A stretch of DNA of 64,000 nucleotides from Macrostomum hystrix (GCA_950097015.1 CATNEN010000026.1:992001-1056000); one strand, 5' to 3'; counted from the first letter of the stretch, positions 11,214 through 24,790 are shown. A program made the numbers and translations. The notes: generated from the letters alone by a model not told the origin.

Positions 11214-12197
11214 TCTAATATACTAAAAATGAAAATCTTGCTTGCTTGCTTGTTTGCAATCGACTAGCTCCCGAACGGCTCAACCGATTTTCGCAATTCC
11301 TTCGCCAAAAGATCACAAATGGGCCGGAATCGGTACACGTAATTTTATTAAGCTTAATTCCATTTGCAAGGGGATTAAATATTCGAAAAACAGTTTTAAA
11401 TAGGCTTTTCTAATGCATTCTTGTTTTCAGCTTGTGCACAGTTAGGCCTCCAGTGCCAAATTTAATGATTGCATCAGAGCCAGTTTTGATAACGCACGCG
11501 CGTACTGATAAGAACTCACAGGGAGGCTACCCAGAGGGTAGCGAAGGCAGCTAGTCTTATATACTAAAAATGAAAATCTTGCTTGCTTGCTTGCTTGTAT
11601 GTTTGCAATCGACTAGCTCCCGAACGGCTCAACCGATTTTCGCAATTCCTTCGCCAAAAGATCACAAATGGGCCGGAATCGGTACACGTATTTTTATTAA
11701 GCTTAATTTCATTGCCAAGGGGATTAAATATTCGAAAAACTGTTTTAAATAGGCTTTTCTAATGCATTCTTGTTTTCAGCTTGTGCACAGTGAGGCTCCA
11801 GTGCCAACTTTAATGATTGCATCAGAGCCAGTTTTGATAACGAACTGATAAGAACTCAAGGGAGGCTACCCAGAGGGTAGCGAAGGCAGCTAGTCTTATA
11901 TACTAAAAATGAAAATCTTGCTTGCTTGCTTGCTTGCTTGTATGTTTGCAATCGACTAGCTCCCGAACGGCTCAACCGATTTTCGCAATTCCTTCGCCAA
12001 AAGATCACAATTGGGCCGGAATCGGTACACGTAATTTTATTAAGCTTAATTTCATTGCCAAGGGGATTAAATATTCGAAAAACTGTTTTAAATAGGCTTT
12101 TCTAATGCATTCTTGTTTTCAGCTTGTGCACAGTGAGGCTCCAGTGCCAATTTTAATGATTGCATCAGAGCCAGTTTTGTTAGGCGAGCGTACTGAT
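11214..12197 (+). mobile_element. Head-to-tail non-autonomous Helitron copies (11214-11554, 11555-11893, 5' part of a third from 11894)
   Basis: 5' TC(T/A)ATATACTAAAAATG plus (GCTT)n microsatellite; 3' hairpin GCTACCC-AGA-GGGTAGC followed by CTAG; junctions CTAG|TC. Confidence 0.9.
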
Positions 12198-12515
12198 AAG
12201 GAATTTCTCACCCAAATGTGCATAGCTGTGTCAACACCTGGCGAGATAATTATACTGCCCAATGTGCACAGGCTGAGCTGGCTTCTGTTATCTGTTCGGC
12301 ACTGAGATATTTTTTATTTTATTTATTGTGTTTTATTCTAACTCATTTAGCAGATATAGCACATTTCAATTATAGCAGATTCATTCACATCACAGCATAC
12401 TCCAAAGGCAACAGCTGAGAACTGAATTGATTCAAGTGATCGGCCTTTCTTGGCAGCAAGTAACATTTGTTGATTATACTTGCTTACTTACTTGCTTACT
12501 TGCTTACTTACTTGC

Positions 12516-15500
12516 AAAAGCATTGATAGATATCTAGGCTCAGCATTGATAGATATCTAGGCTCAGCGTGATAGTTATCTAGGCTCAGCATTGATAGTTA
12601 TCTAGGCTCAGCATTGATAGTTATCTAGGCTCTGCATTAATAGTTATCTAGGCTCAGCATTGATAGTTATCTAGGCTTAACATTTTTATAGATATTAAGG
12701 CTCAGCGTGATAGTTATCTAGGCTCAGCATTGATAGTTATCTGTGCTCAGCATTGATAGTTATCTAGGCTCAGCATTGATAGTTATCTATGCTCAGCATT
12801 GATAGTTATCTAGGCTGAGCATTGATAGTTATCTATGCTCAGCCTTGATAGTTATCTAGGCTGAGCATTGATAGATATCTAGGCTCAGAATTGATAGTTA
12901 TCTAGGCTCAGCATTGATAGTTATCTATGCTCAGCATTGATAGTTATCTAGGCTCAGCATTGATAGTTATCTATGCTCAGCATTGATAGTTATCTATGCT
13001 CAGCATTGATAGATATCTAGGCTTAGCATTGATAGATATCCAAGCTCAGAATTGATAGGTTCCAAGGGTCAGAATCGATAGAAAACTAGGCTCAGCATTG
13101 ATAGTTATCTAGGCTCAGCATTGATAGTTATCTAGGCTCAACATTGATAGTTATCTAGGCTTAGGATTGATAGTTATCTAGGCTTAGGATTGATAGTTAT
13201 CTAGGCTCAACATTTTTATAGATAACTAGGCTCAGCATTGATAGTTACCTAGGCTCAGCATTGATAGTTATCTAGGCTCAACATTGATAGTTATCTAGGC
13301 TTAGGATTGATAGTTATCTAGGCTTAGGATTGATAGTTATCTAGGCTCAACATTTTTATAGATAACTAGGCTCAGCATTGATAGTTACCTAGGCTCAGCA
13401 TTGATAGTTACCTAGGCTTAGCATTGATAGTTACCTAGGCTCAGCATTGATAGTTACCTAGGCTCAGCATTGATAGTTATCTAGGCTCAGCATTGATATT
13501 TATCTAGGCTCAACATTGATAGTTATCTAGGCTTAGGATTGATAGTTATCTAGGCTCAGCATTGATAGTTATCTAGGCTCAGCATTGATAGTTACCTAGG
13601 CTTAGCATTGATAGTTACCTAGGCTCAGCATTGATAGTTACCTAGGCTCAGCATTGATAGTTACCTAGGCTCATCATTGATAGTTATCTAGGCTCAGCAT
13701 TGATAGTTATCTAGGCTTAGGATTGATAGTTATCTAGGCTCAGCATTGATAGTTATCTAGGCTCAGCATTGATAGTTATCTAGGCTCAGCATTGATAGTT
13801 ATATAGGCTTAGGATTGATAGTTATCTAGGCTCAGCATTGATAGTTATCTAGGCTCAGCATTGATAGTTACCTAGGCTCAGCATTGATAGTTACCTAGGC
13901 TGAGCATTGATAGTTATCTAGGCTTAGCATTGATAGTTACCTAGGCTCAGCATTGATAGTTACCTAGGCTCAGCATTGATAGCTATCTAGGCACAGCATT
14001 GATAGTTATCTAGGCTCAGCATTGATAGTTATCCAGGCTCAGCATTGATAGCTATCTAGGCACAGCATTGATAGTTATCTAGGCTCAGCATTGATAGTTA
14101 TCTAGGCTCAGCATTGATAGTTATCTAGGCTCAACATTTTTATAGATAACTAGGCTCAGCATTGATAGTTACCTAGGCTCAGCATTGATAGTTACCTAGG
14201 CTGAGCATTGATAGTTATCTAGGCTTAGCATTGATAGTTACCTAGGCTCAGCATTGATAGTTACCTAGGCTCAGCATTGATAGTTACCTAGGCTCAGCAT
14301 TGATAGTTACCTAGGCTGAGCATTGATAGTTATCTAGGCTTAGCATTGATAGTTACCTAGGCTCAGCATTGATAGTTACCTAGGCTCAGCATTGATAGTT
14401 ACCTAGGCTTAGCATTGATAGTTACCTAGGCTCAGCATTGATAGTTACCTAGGCTCAGCATTGATAGCTATCTAGGCTCAGCATTGATAGTTATCTAGGC
14501 TTAGGATTGATAGTTCTCTAGGCACAGCATTGATAGTTATCTAGGCTCAGCATTGATAGTTATCCAGGCTCAGCATTGATAGCTATCTAGGCACAGCATT
14601 GATAGTTATCTAGGCTCAGCATTGATAGTTATCTAGGCTCAGCATTGATAGTTATCTAGGCTCAACATTTTTATAGATAACTAGGCTCAGCATTGATAGT
14701 TACCTAGGCTCAGCATTGATAGTTACCTAGGCTGAGCATTGATAGTTATCTAGGCTTAGCATTGATAGTTACCTAGGCTCAGCATTGATAGTTACCTAGG
14801 CTCAGCATTGATAGTTATCTATGCTCAGCATTGATAGTTATCTAGGCTGAGCATTGATAGTTATCTATGCTCAGCCTTGATAGTTATCTAGGCTGAGCAT
14901 TGATAGATATCTAGGCTCAGAATTGATAGTTACCTAGGCTCAGCATTGATAGTTACCTAGGCTTAGCATTGATAGTTACCTAGGCTCAGCATTGATAGTT
15001 ACCTAGGCTCAGCATTGATAGTTACCTAGGCTTAGCATTGATAGTTACCTAGGCTCAGCATTGATAGTTACCTAGGCTCAGCATTGATAGTTACCTAGGC
15101 TTAGCATTGATAGTTACCTAGGCTCAGCATTGATAGTTACCTAGGCTCAGCATTGATAGTTACCTAGGCTCAGCATTAATATTTATCTAGGCTCAACATT
15201 GATAGTTATCTAGGCTTAGGATTGATAGTTATCTAGGCTCAGCATTGATAGTTATCTAGGCTCAGCATTGATAGTTACCTAGGCTTAGCATTGATAGTTA
15301 CCTAGGCTCAGCATTGATAGTTACCAAGGCTCAGCATTGATAGTTACCTAGGCTCAGCATTGATAGTTATCTAGGCTCAGCATTGATAGTTATCTAGGCT
15401 TAGGATTGATAGTTATCTAGGCTCAACATTGATAGTTATCTAGGCTCAGCATTGATAGTTATCTAGGCTCAGCATTGATAGTTATCTAGGCTTAGGATTG

Positions 15501-18500
15501 ATAGTTATCTAGGCTCAGCATTGATAGTTACCTAGGCTCAGCATTGATAGTTACCTAGGCTCAGCATTGATAGTTACCTAGGCTGAGCATTGATAGTTAT
15601 CTAGGCTTAGCATTGATAGTTACCTAGGCTCAGCATTGATAGTTACCTAGGCTCAGCATTGATAGTTACCTAGGCTCAGCATTGATAGTTATCCAGGCTC
15701 AGCATTGATAGCTATCTAGGCACAGCATTGATAGTTATCTAGGCTCAGCATTGATAGTTATCTAGGCTCAGCATTGATAGTTATCTAGGCTCAACATTTT
15801 TATAGATAACTAGGCTCAGCATTGATAGTTACCTAGGCTCAGCATTGATAGTTACCTAGGCTGAGCATTGATAGTTATCTAGGCTTAGCATTGATAGTTA
15901 CCTAGGCTCAGCATTGATAGTTACCTAGGCTCAGCATTGATAGTTACCTAGGCTTAGCATTGATAGTTACCTAGGCTCAGCATTGATAGTTACCTAGGCT
16001 CAGCATTGATAGCTATCTAGGCTCAGCATTGATAGTTATCTAGGCTTAGGATTGATAGTTCTCTAGGCACAGCATTGATAGTTATCTAGGCTCAGCATTG
16101 ATAGTTATCTAGGCTTAGCATTGATAGTTATCTAGGCTCAGCATTGATAGTTATCTAGGCTTAACATTTTTATAGATATTAAGGCTCAGCGTGATAGTTA
16201 TCTAGGCTCAGCATTGATAGTTATCTGTGCTCAGCATTGATAGTTATCTAGGCTCAGCATTGATAGTTATCTATGCTCAGCATTGATAGTTATCTATGCT
16301 CAGCCTTGATAGTTATCTAGGCTGAGCATTGATAGATATCTAGGCTCAGAATTGATAGTTATCTAGGCTCAGCATTGATAGTTATCTATGCTCAGCATTG
16401 ATAGTTATCTAGGCTCAGCATTGATAGTTATCTATGCTCAGCATTGATAGTTATCTATGCTCAGCATTGATAGATATCTAGGCTTAGCATTGATAGATAT
16501 CCAAGCTCAGAATTGATAGGTTCCAAGGGTCAGAATCGATAGAAAACTAGGCTCAGCATTGATAGTTATCTAGGCTCAACATTTTTATAGATAACTAGGC
16601 TCAGCATTGATAGTTACCTAGGCTCAGCATTGATAGTTATCTAGGCTCAACATTGATTGTTATCTAGGCTTAGGATTGATAGTTATCTAGGCTTAGGATT
16701 GATAGTTATCTAGGCTCAACATTTTTATAGATAACTAGGCTCAGCATTGATAGTTACCTAGGCTCAGCATTGATAGTTACCTAGGCTTAGCATTGATAGT
16801 TACCTAGGCTCAGCATTGATAGTTACCTAGGCTCAGCATTGATAGTTACCTAGGCTCAGCATTAATATTTATCTAGGCTCAACATTGATAGTTATCTAGG
16901 CTTAGGATTGATAGTTATCTAGGCTCAGCATTGATAGTTATCTAGGCTCAGCATTGATAGTTACCTAGGCTTAGCATTGATAGTTACCTAGGCTCAGCAT
17001 TGATAGTTACCTAGGCTCAGCATTGATAGTTACCTAGGCTCAGCATTGATAGTTATCTAGGCTCAGCATTGATAGTTATCTAGGCTTAGGATTGATAGTT
17101 ATCTAGGCTCAGCATTGATAGTTATCTAGGCTCAGCATTGATAGTTACCTAGGCTCAGCATTGATAGTTACCTAGGCTGAGCATTGATAGTTATCTAGGC
17201 TTAGCATTGATAGTTACCTAGGCTCAGCATTGATAGTTACCTAGGCTCAGCATTGATAGTTACCTAGGCTTAGCATTGATAGTTACCTAGGCTCAGCATT
17301 GATAGTTACCTAGGCTCAGCATTGATAGCTATCTAGGCTCAGCATTGATAGTTACCTAGGCTTAGGATTGATAGTTATCTAGGCTCAGCATTGATAGTTA
17401 TCTAGGCTCAACATTTTTATAGATAACTAGGCTCAGCATTGATAGTTATCTAGGCTCAGCATTGATAGTTATCTAGGCTCAACATTTTTATAGATAACTA
17501 GGCTCAGCATTGATAGTTATCTAGGCTTAGGATTGATAGTTATCTAGGCTCAGCATTGATAGTTATCTAGGCTCAGCATTGATATTTATCTAGGCTCAGC
17601 ATTGATAGTTATCTAGGCTCAGCATTGATATTTATCTAGGCTCAGCAGTGATAGTTATCTAGGCTCAGCATTGATAGTTATCTAGGCTTAGGATTGATAG
17701 TTCTCTAGGCACAGCATTGATAGTTATCTAGGCTCAGCATTGATAGTTATCTAGGCTCAGCATTGATAGCTATCTAGGCTCAGCATTGATAGTTATCTAG
17801 GCTTAGGATTGATAGTTCTCTAGGCACAGCATTGATAGTTATCTAGGCTCAGCATTGATAGCTATCTAGGCACAGCATTGATAGTTATCTAGGCTCAGCA
17901 TTGATAGTTATCTAGGCTTAGGATTGATAGTTATCTAGGCTCAGCATTGATAGTTATCTAGGCTCAGCATTGATAGAAAACTAGGCTCAGAATCGATAAA
18001 TATCTAGGATCAACATTTTTATAGATAACTAGGCTCAGCATTGATAGAAAACTAGGCTCAGAATCGATAAATATCTAGGATCAACATTTTTATAGATAAC
18101 TAGGCTCAGCATTGATAGTTATCTAGGCTCAGCATTGATAGTTATCTAGGCTCAGCATTGATAGATATCTAGGCTCAACATTTTTATAGATATTAAGGCT
18201 CAGCGTGATAGTTATCTAGGCTCAACATTTTTATAGATATCTAGGCTCAGCACTGGTAGATATCTACGCTCAGAATGGATAGATATCGTACTTTAGATTT
18301 GATAGATATCTAGATAACTTCATTGCTTAAAAATCTATAGAATTTTAAGCTAAGAATCGATAGATATCGAAGATTAGAATTGATAGAAATCTTGGCTCAG
18401 CACGGGTAGATATCTAGGCTCAGTGTTGATAGATATTTAGGCTCAAAATCGATAGAAAGTTAAGCTCAGAATCGATAGATATCTTAGTTCAGAGTTGATA
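12516..18500 (+). repeat. 23-bp satellite array (about 6 kb) with degenerate edges
   Basis: Consensus GCATTGATAGTTATCTAGGCTCA with recurring variants (TTACCTAG, GGCTTAGG, CAACATTTTTATAG). Confidence 0.97.
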
Positions 18501-18581
18501 TCTATTGACTTACTAAATACTGTTTTATTATTGTAAAGTTGCCTTCAAGCTAAGGTCCCCAAAGGGGGCCTAAATTGCTAG

Positions 18582-19757
18582 TCTAATATACTAAAAATGA
18601 AAATCTTGTATGTTTGTTTGCAATCGACTAGCTCCCGAACGGCTCAACCGATTTTCAAAATTCCTTCGCCAAGAGATCACAAATGGGCCGGAATCGGTAC
18701 ACGTAATTTTATTAAGCTTAATTCCATTGGCAAGGGGATTAAATATTCGAAAAACAGTTTTAAATAGGCTTTTCTAATGCATTCTTGTTTTCAGCTTGTG
18801 CACAGTGAGGCTCCAGTGCCAATTTTTATGATTGCATCAGAGCCAGTTTTGATAACGAACTGATAAGAACTCCAGTGAGGCTACCCAGAGGGTAGCGAAG
18901 GCAGCTAGTCTAATATACTAAAAATGAAAATCTTGTATGTTTGTTTGCAATCGACTAGCTCCCGAACGGCTTAACCGATTTTCACAATTCCTTCGCCAAA
19001 AGATCACAATTGGGCCGGAATCGGTACACGTAATTTTATTAAGCTTAATTCCATTGCAGAGGGGATTATCTAATATACTAAAAATGAAAATCTTGTATGT
19101 TTGTTTGCAATCGACTAGCTCCCGAACGGCTTAACCGATTTTCACAATTCCTTCGCCAAAAGATCACAATTGGGCCGGAATCGGTACACGTAATTTTATT
19201 AAGCTTAATTCCATTGCAGAGGGGATTAAATATTCGAAAAACAGTTTTAAATAGGCTTTTCTAATGCATTCTTGTTTTCAGCTTGTGCACAGTGAGGCTC
19301 CAGTGCCAATTTTTATGATTGCATCAGAGCCAGTTTTGATAACGAACTGATAAGAACTCCAGTGAGGCTACCCAGAGGGTAGCGAAGGCAGCTAGTCTAA
19401 TATACTAAAAATGATCTTATATACTAAAAATGAAAATCTTGCTTGCTTGCTTGCTTGCTTGTATGTTTGCAATCGACTAGCTCCCGAACGGCTCAACCGA
19501 TTTTCAAAATTCCTTCGCCAAAAGATCACAAATGGGCCGGAATCGGTACACGTAATTTTATTAAGCTTAATTCCATTGCCAAGGGGATTAAATATTCGAA
19601 AAACTGTTTTAAATAGGCTTTTCTAATGCATTCTTGTTTTCAGCTTGTGCACAGTGAGGCTCCAGTGCCAATTTTAATGATTGCATCAGAGCCAATTTTG
19701 ATAAGGCACTGATAAGAACTCAAGGGAGGCTACCCAGAGGGTAGCGAAGGCAGCTAG
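18582..19757 (+). mobile_element. Head-to-tail non-autonomous Helitron copies (18582-18908, 18909-19068 truncated, 19069-19395, 19396-19414 stub, 19415-19757)
   Basis: Same 5' TC, body, 3' hairpin and CTAG as at 11214. Confidence 0.9.
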
Positions 19758-20359
19758 TCCACTATACTAAAAATGAAATGCTTGCTTGGTTGGTTGGTTG
19801 GTTGTAATTGATTTTCTCCCGAACAGCTCAACCGATTTTCACCATTTCTTCACCAAAAGATGCCAAATATGGGGACAATTATACACGTATTTTTATTAAG
19901 CTTAACTTTATTGCTAAGGGGATTAAATATTCGAAAAACATGATTTTTCAAAGGTCAAACCATCTTGGCCTATTGAGAATTTTACTCACTGCCGCTGAAT
20001 TGGAATTGCATCGTCAAATTGCGCAACACCCCCTCGCTGACTGAGTTAGAAGACTGCACTCTGGAGACAAATTTGAAATAAATGTACACAACCAACCGCG
20101 AGACTGAGTGTACTCTATTTTCTTACTTCATTGTACAAAGCCAGAACTTTGAGAATTCATTTTATAAGGCTGATTTCTGCACCCACTAACCAACAGTCGG
20201 AATAGCCGATGTGTAGGCACTAGGAATTGGTTAGGCTAGGCTAGGGTTCGATTCTGCACTGCGTCAAATCATTTAGACAAATTTTCAGCCAGTAGTGATT
20301 GAAGATTATTTTAATTTATTTTTTTCATTTCGAAAATAAAATATCATAAATCATAGCAC

Positions 20360-21225
20360 ACCGGCTAAACCAGAGTTTGAATCATGGCTAAACCAGAGTC
20401 TGAATCATGGCAAAACCAGAGTTTCAATCATGGCTAAACCAGAGTTTCAATCATGGCTAAACCAGAGTTTCAATCATGGCTAAACCAGAGTTTCAATCAT
20501 GGCTAAACCAGAGTTTGAATTATGGCTAAACAAGCGTCTTAATCATGGCTAAACCAGTGTTTGAATCATGGCTAAACTAGAGTCTGAATCATGGCTAAAC
20601 CAGAGTCTGAATCATGGCTAAACCAGAGTCTGAATCATGGCTAAACCAGAGTTTGAATCATAGCTAAACAAGCGTCTGAATCATGGCAAAACCAGAGTTT
20701 GAATCATAGCTAAACCAGAGTTTGAATCATGGCTAAACAAGCGTCTGAATCATGGCTAAACCAGAGTTTGAATCATGGCTAAACAAGCGTCTGAATCATG
20801 GCTAAACCAGAGTCTGAATCATGTCTAAACCAGAGTTTGAATCATGGCTAAACAAGCGTCTGAATCATGGCTAAACCAGCGTCTGAATCATGGCTAAACC
20901 AAAGTTTGAATCATGGCTAAACCAGAGTCTGAATCATGGCAAAACTAGAGTTTCAATCATGGCTAAACCAGAGTTTTAATCATGGCTAAACCAGTCCGAA
21001 TCATGGCTTAACCAGAGTTTAAATCATGGCTAAACCAGAGTTTTAATCATGGCTAAACCAGTCCGAATCATGGCTACACCAGAGTTTGAATCATGGCTAC
21101 ACCAGAGTTTGAATCATGGCAAAACCAGAGTTTCAATCATGGCAAAACCAGAGTTTAAATCATGGCTAAACCAGCGTCTGAATCATGGCTAAACCAGAGT
21201 TTGAATCATGGCTAAACCTGAGCTA
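20360..21225 (+). repeat. 23-bp satellite A, array 1
   Basis: Unit CATGGCTAAACCAGAGT(T/C)TGAAT. Confidence 0.95.
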
Positions 21226-21267
21226 TGTTGTTCTTATCAATTTTCTACAAAAGCAGCTAATATAAGA

Positions 21268-21690
21268 ATTCAACTGGGGAACATTGTTAGCTGGGGAGAT
21301 ATCATCAAATAGGGGATCATGGTAAACTGTGGGATTATTGTCAACTGGAGGATCATTGTCAACTGGAGGATCATTGTCAACTGGGGCATAATCATCAAAT
21401 AGGGGATCATGGTAAACTGGGGGATAATCGTCAACTGGGGGATCATGGTAAACTGGGGGATCATTGTCAACTGGGGGTTCATTGTCAACTGGGGAATAAT
21501 CATCAAATAGGGGATCATGGTAAACTGGGGGATCATTGTCAACTGGGGGATCATTGTCAACTGGGGGTTCATTATCATCTGGGGGATCATTGTGAACTGG
21601 GGGATCATTGTCAACTGGGAGATCATTTTCAACTGGGAGTCATCATCAACTGGGGGGATCATTGTCAACTGGGGAATCAACTGGGGAACG
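21268..21690 (+). repeat. 18-bp satellite B, array 1
   Basis: Unit GGGGGATCATTGTCAACT. Confidence 0.93.
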
Positions 21691-21780
21691 AAATAGGTTT
21701 TCGTTTTTGTTTGCTTTCAGGTGTGTTTTGTCCTTCTGCATTGCACAATATTTTTTGTCTGACCAGTAGTGCTCCCCGAA

Positions 21781-22580
21781 GGCTAAACCAGAGTCTGAAT
21801 CATGGCTAAACCAGAGTCTGAATCATGGCTTAACCAGAATTTAAATCATGGCTAAACCAGAGTCTGAATCATGGCTAAACCAGAGTCTGAATCATGGCTA
21901 AACCAGAGTCTGAATCATGGCTAAACCAGAGTCTGAATCATGGCTAAACCAGAGTCTGAATCATGGCTAAACCAGAGTCTGAATCATGGCTAAACCAGAG
22001 TCTGAATCATGGCTAAACCAGAGTCTGAATCATGGCTAAAACCAGCGTTTGAATCATAGCTAAACCAGAGTCTGAATCATGGCTAAACCAGAGTTTGAAT
22101 CATGGCTAAACCAGAGTCTGAATCATGGCTAAACCAGAGTCTGAATCATGGCTAAACCAGAGTCTGAATCATGGCTAAACCAGAGTCTGAATCATGGCTA
22201 AACCAGAGTCTGAATCATGGCTAAACAAGAGTCTGAATCATGGCTAAAACCAGCGTTTGAATCATGGCTAAACCAGAGTCTGAATCATGGCTAAACCAGA
22301 GTTTGAATCATGGCTAAACCAGAGTTTGAATCATGGCTAAACCAGAGTCTGAATCATGGCTAAACCAGAGTTTGAATCATGGCTAAACCAGAGCTTGAAT
22401 CATGGCTAAACCAGAGCTTGAATCATTGCAAAACCAGAGTTGGAATCATAGCCAACCAGAGTTTGAATCATAGTCAACCAGAGTCTAAATCATGGCAAAA
22501 CGAGAGTTTATATCATAGCCCACCAGGGTTTAAAACATGGCGAAATCTGAGTTTGAATCTTGGCTTACCCAGCGTTTGAA
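21781..22580 (+). repeat. 23-bp satellite A, array 2
   Basis: Same unit as 20360; period 23 (21781, 21804). Confidence 0.95.
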
Positions 22581-22584
22581 AAAT

Positions 22585-23145
22585 CAACGTCAACTGGGGA
22601 GTCATCATCAAAATGGGATCATGGTAAACTGGGGGATAATCGTCAACTGGGGGATCATTGTCAACTGGGGATCATTGTCAACTGTGGGATCATTGTCAAC
22701 TGGGGGATCATTGTCAACTGGGGGATCATTGTCAACTGGTGGATCGTTGTCAACTGGGGGTTCATTGTCAACTGGGTGATCATCATCAACTAGGGGATCA
22801 TTGTCAACTGGGGGAACATTGTCAACTGGAGGAACATTGTTAACTGGGGATCATCATCAATAGGGAGTCATCATCAACTGGGGGATCATTGTTAACTGGA
22901 GGATCTTTGTCAACTGGGGGATCATTGTCAACTGGGGGATCATTGTCAACTGGGGAGTCATTGTCAACTGGGGGATCATTGTCAACTGGGGGATCATTGT
23001 CAACTGGGGGATCATTGTCAACTGGGGGATCATTGTCAACTGGGGGATCATTGTCAACTGGGGGATCATTGTCAACTGTGGGATCATTATCAACTGGGAG
23101 ATCATCATCAACGGGGGGATCATTGTCAACTGGGGGTTCATTGTA
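22585..23145 (+). repeat. 18-bp satellite B, array 2
   Basis: Same unit as 21268; period 18. Confidence 0.93.
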
Positions 23146-23233
23146 GCTTTAAAAAGCTGTAAATTCAGCTGCTAAAAAGTATGTACTAGACGAATTAAAA
23201 GTATTTCTGCTCCCCGAAGGGGGGCAAAACTTG

Positions 23234-23560
23234 TGTCGTCTGGTATTGTTACATTCAGCTAGATTCGAGGTAGGCTTTCCCGCTGGGTATTTTTGAGTAG
23301 TCCATGTTCTGAAAACAATCATTTGTGTCTGATTTTCTAAGTTTGTTAATGGTTCCTATACTTTTTGCAAGCTCACCATTCTGTTACAATAGTGAGTCAG
23401 CGACCTGTCCGCAGGCTTTAGACTTTTCTTCCTTGCTACATACTTCATTGATTTAGTCAAATTCCTAAGTTTTTTATCTCTATTCATCCAAAAAATTTTA
23501 GGCGAAATTTCCGCTTTTGACTACCACGGACTCATCCAGCAGATGATTCAACTGAGACGT
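23234..23560 (-). repeat. Upstream/5' region of the Crypton-like element
   Basis: 23234-23302 is identical to 11137-11205; the continuation is homologous to 52678-52910. Confidence 0.7.
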
Positions 23561-24747
23561 GAGTTTGTCAACAGATGAGGTCTCAATTATTTCATGTAAC
23601 AATTTGTTTTATGTAGTCAGATTCTGTTGGCTTTTCAGGGCTTCGATGTAGTGCTGCTGTGTAACAGGATTCCAGATGGCTGGCCTTGGATAGTTTACGG
23701 TCTTGTACCCGCATGCCTCTTGCTGTGGCTTCATGTCCTGTATGCAGACTTTGTGGTAGTAAAATTGTGGTAGTGGCTGCTAGCTAGAGCTAGCGTTGTT
23801 GCACTTTACCCAATCAATGACTGTTGGTCAGTCATTCAGAAGAGTAATGAAATAGGTAGTGGGTAGTAATGAAATGTCCCGAAAGGTAATTGTTGACATG
23901 GACAAATCCAGTAACTCTGCTGCACCTCATTTGGTGTAGCACCATGCTAACCATGGACGGCATGCAAGCCAGCGCGGAAAAAGCCGAATGACCTTTTTTT
24001 ATCTCCGTAGTGTATTTCTAAATATAGAACATTCTATATAGGCTATCTCAATTAGGGTCGTCGTCTCTGGGGAAAACATGCACCGATTTAGAATACACGT
24101 ACAACACAGGTCCGTTTTGGTCTTGCTGGGGCCTTGGCTGGGTCTTGGCTGGACCAGACCCCCCTTTCAACATTATAGAAAGAGCCCAATGACACAAAAA
24201 TACCATCTATAGTGGCCAGTGAATATGCTTGTGGTTGCAGTATTATGGTTCATTGGCCTAGCTCACTGCTTTTTATTTCAGATGCAATCATTAAGCTAAA
24301 CTTGCTAAATCCCTCTTAAGTTTTGTTCAATCAATAAGAACTGAAATAGGTCTAGCCTGTTTTTTATTTACTGCATAGCTCCATATATGCTTGCAATGCC
24401 AAATCATAGGAGCTTGTCAAATAGTTATGTAATTCGCTGTTCAGCATTTAATCGTTAGCTAGCTAGCCGCCTATAGACAAAGTAGGCCTATTTTAATTGC
24501 AGATAGCAGCCACAAAGCACATCATTTAAATACGTCACAATGAAAAGAACTGTAACATAGGAATAAAATATTACATCAGTCTAATAACTAAGGAATACCG
24601 CTAAAGATTAGTTAAACTGGGTGGGTTAATTACGGAGATACTAAATACACAATTTAGTATCTTGTATTTTGTGTATAAGGTGACTCAAGCTAGGTTTGCT
24701 CGCAGGGCAAGTGTACTCACACAATCAGTCACAACATTAAGGTTAGG

Positions 24748-24790
24748 TTTAGGGTTACGGTTTGGTTTAGGGTTAGGTTTAGGAAAGGGT
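24748..24790 (+). repeat. Degenerate TTAGGG-like tract
   Basis: GGTTAGGTTTAGGGTTACGGTTTGGTTTAGGGTTAGGTTTAGG. Confidence 0.7.

Larger units (their letters stand above)
19758..23233 (+). mobile_element. Probable long Helitron variant carrying internal satellites
   Basis: 5' TCCACTATACTAAAAATG(GCTT/GGTT)n with family body. Degenerate 3' hairpin GCTCCCCGAAGGGGGGC at about 23208-23225 resembles the end at 50645-50673. Confidence 0.6.

Noticed and set aside
12516-18500. CRISPR-like appearance of the 23-bp arrays (also 9148-9497 and 20360-23145)
   Set aside because: Units are contiguous with no unique spacers, there are no cas genes, and the context is eukaryotic.
12516-22580. Common origin of the two 23-bp satellites (one as the reverse complement of the other)
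   Set aside because: Same period but only patchy similarity (CTA, TCAAT); not distinguishable from chance by eye.
21270-23146. PQLTMI-repeat and GGSLST-repeat ORFs
   Set aside because: Translations of the 18-bp satellite, with no coding context.
23309-23376. 68-bp GT-AG intron in the Crypton 5' region
   Set aside because: Splice-like ends are present, but I could not obtain a stop-free joined frame.
24748-24790. Telomere-targeted insertion of the Polinton
   Set aside because: The tract is short, degenerate and about 230 bp from the TSD; the second Polinton has no such neighbour.
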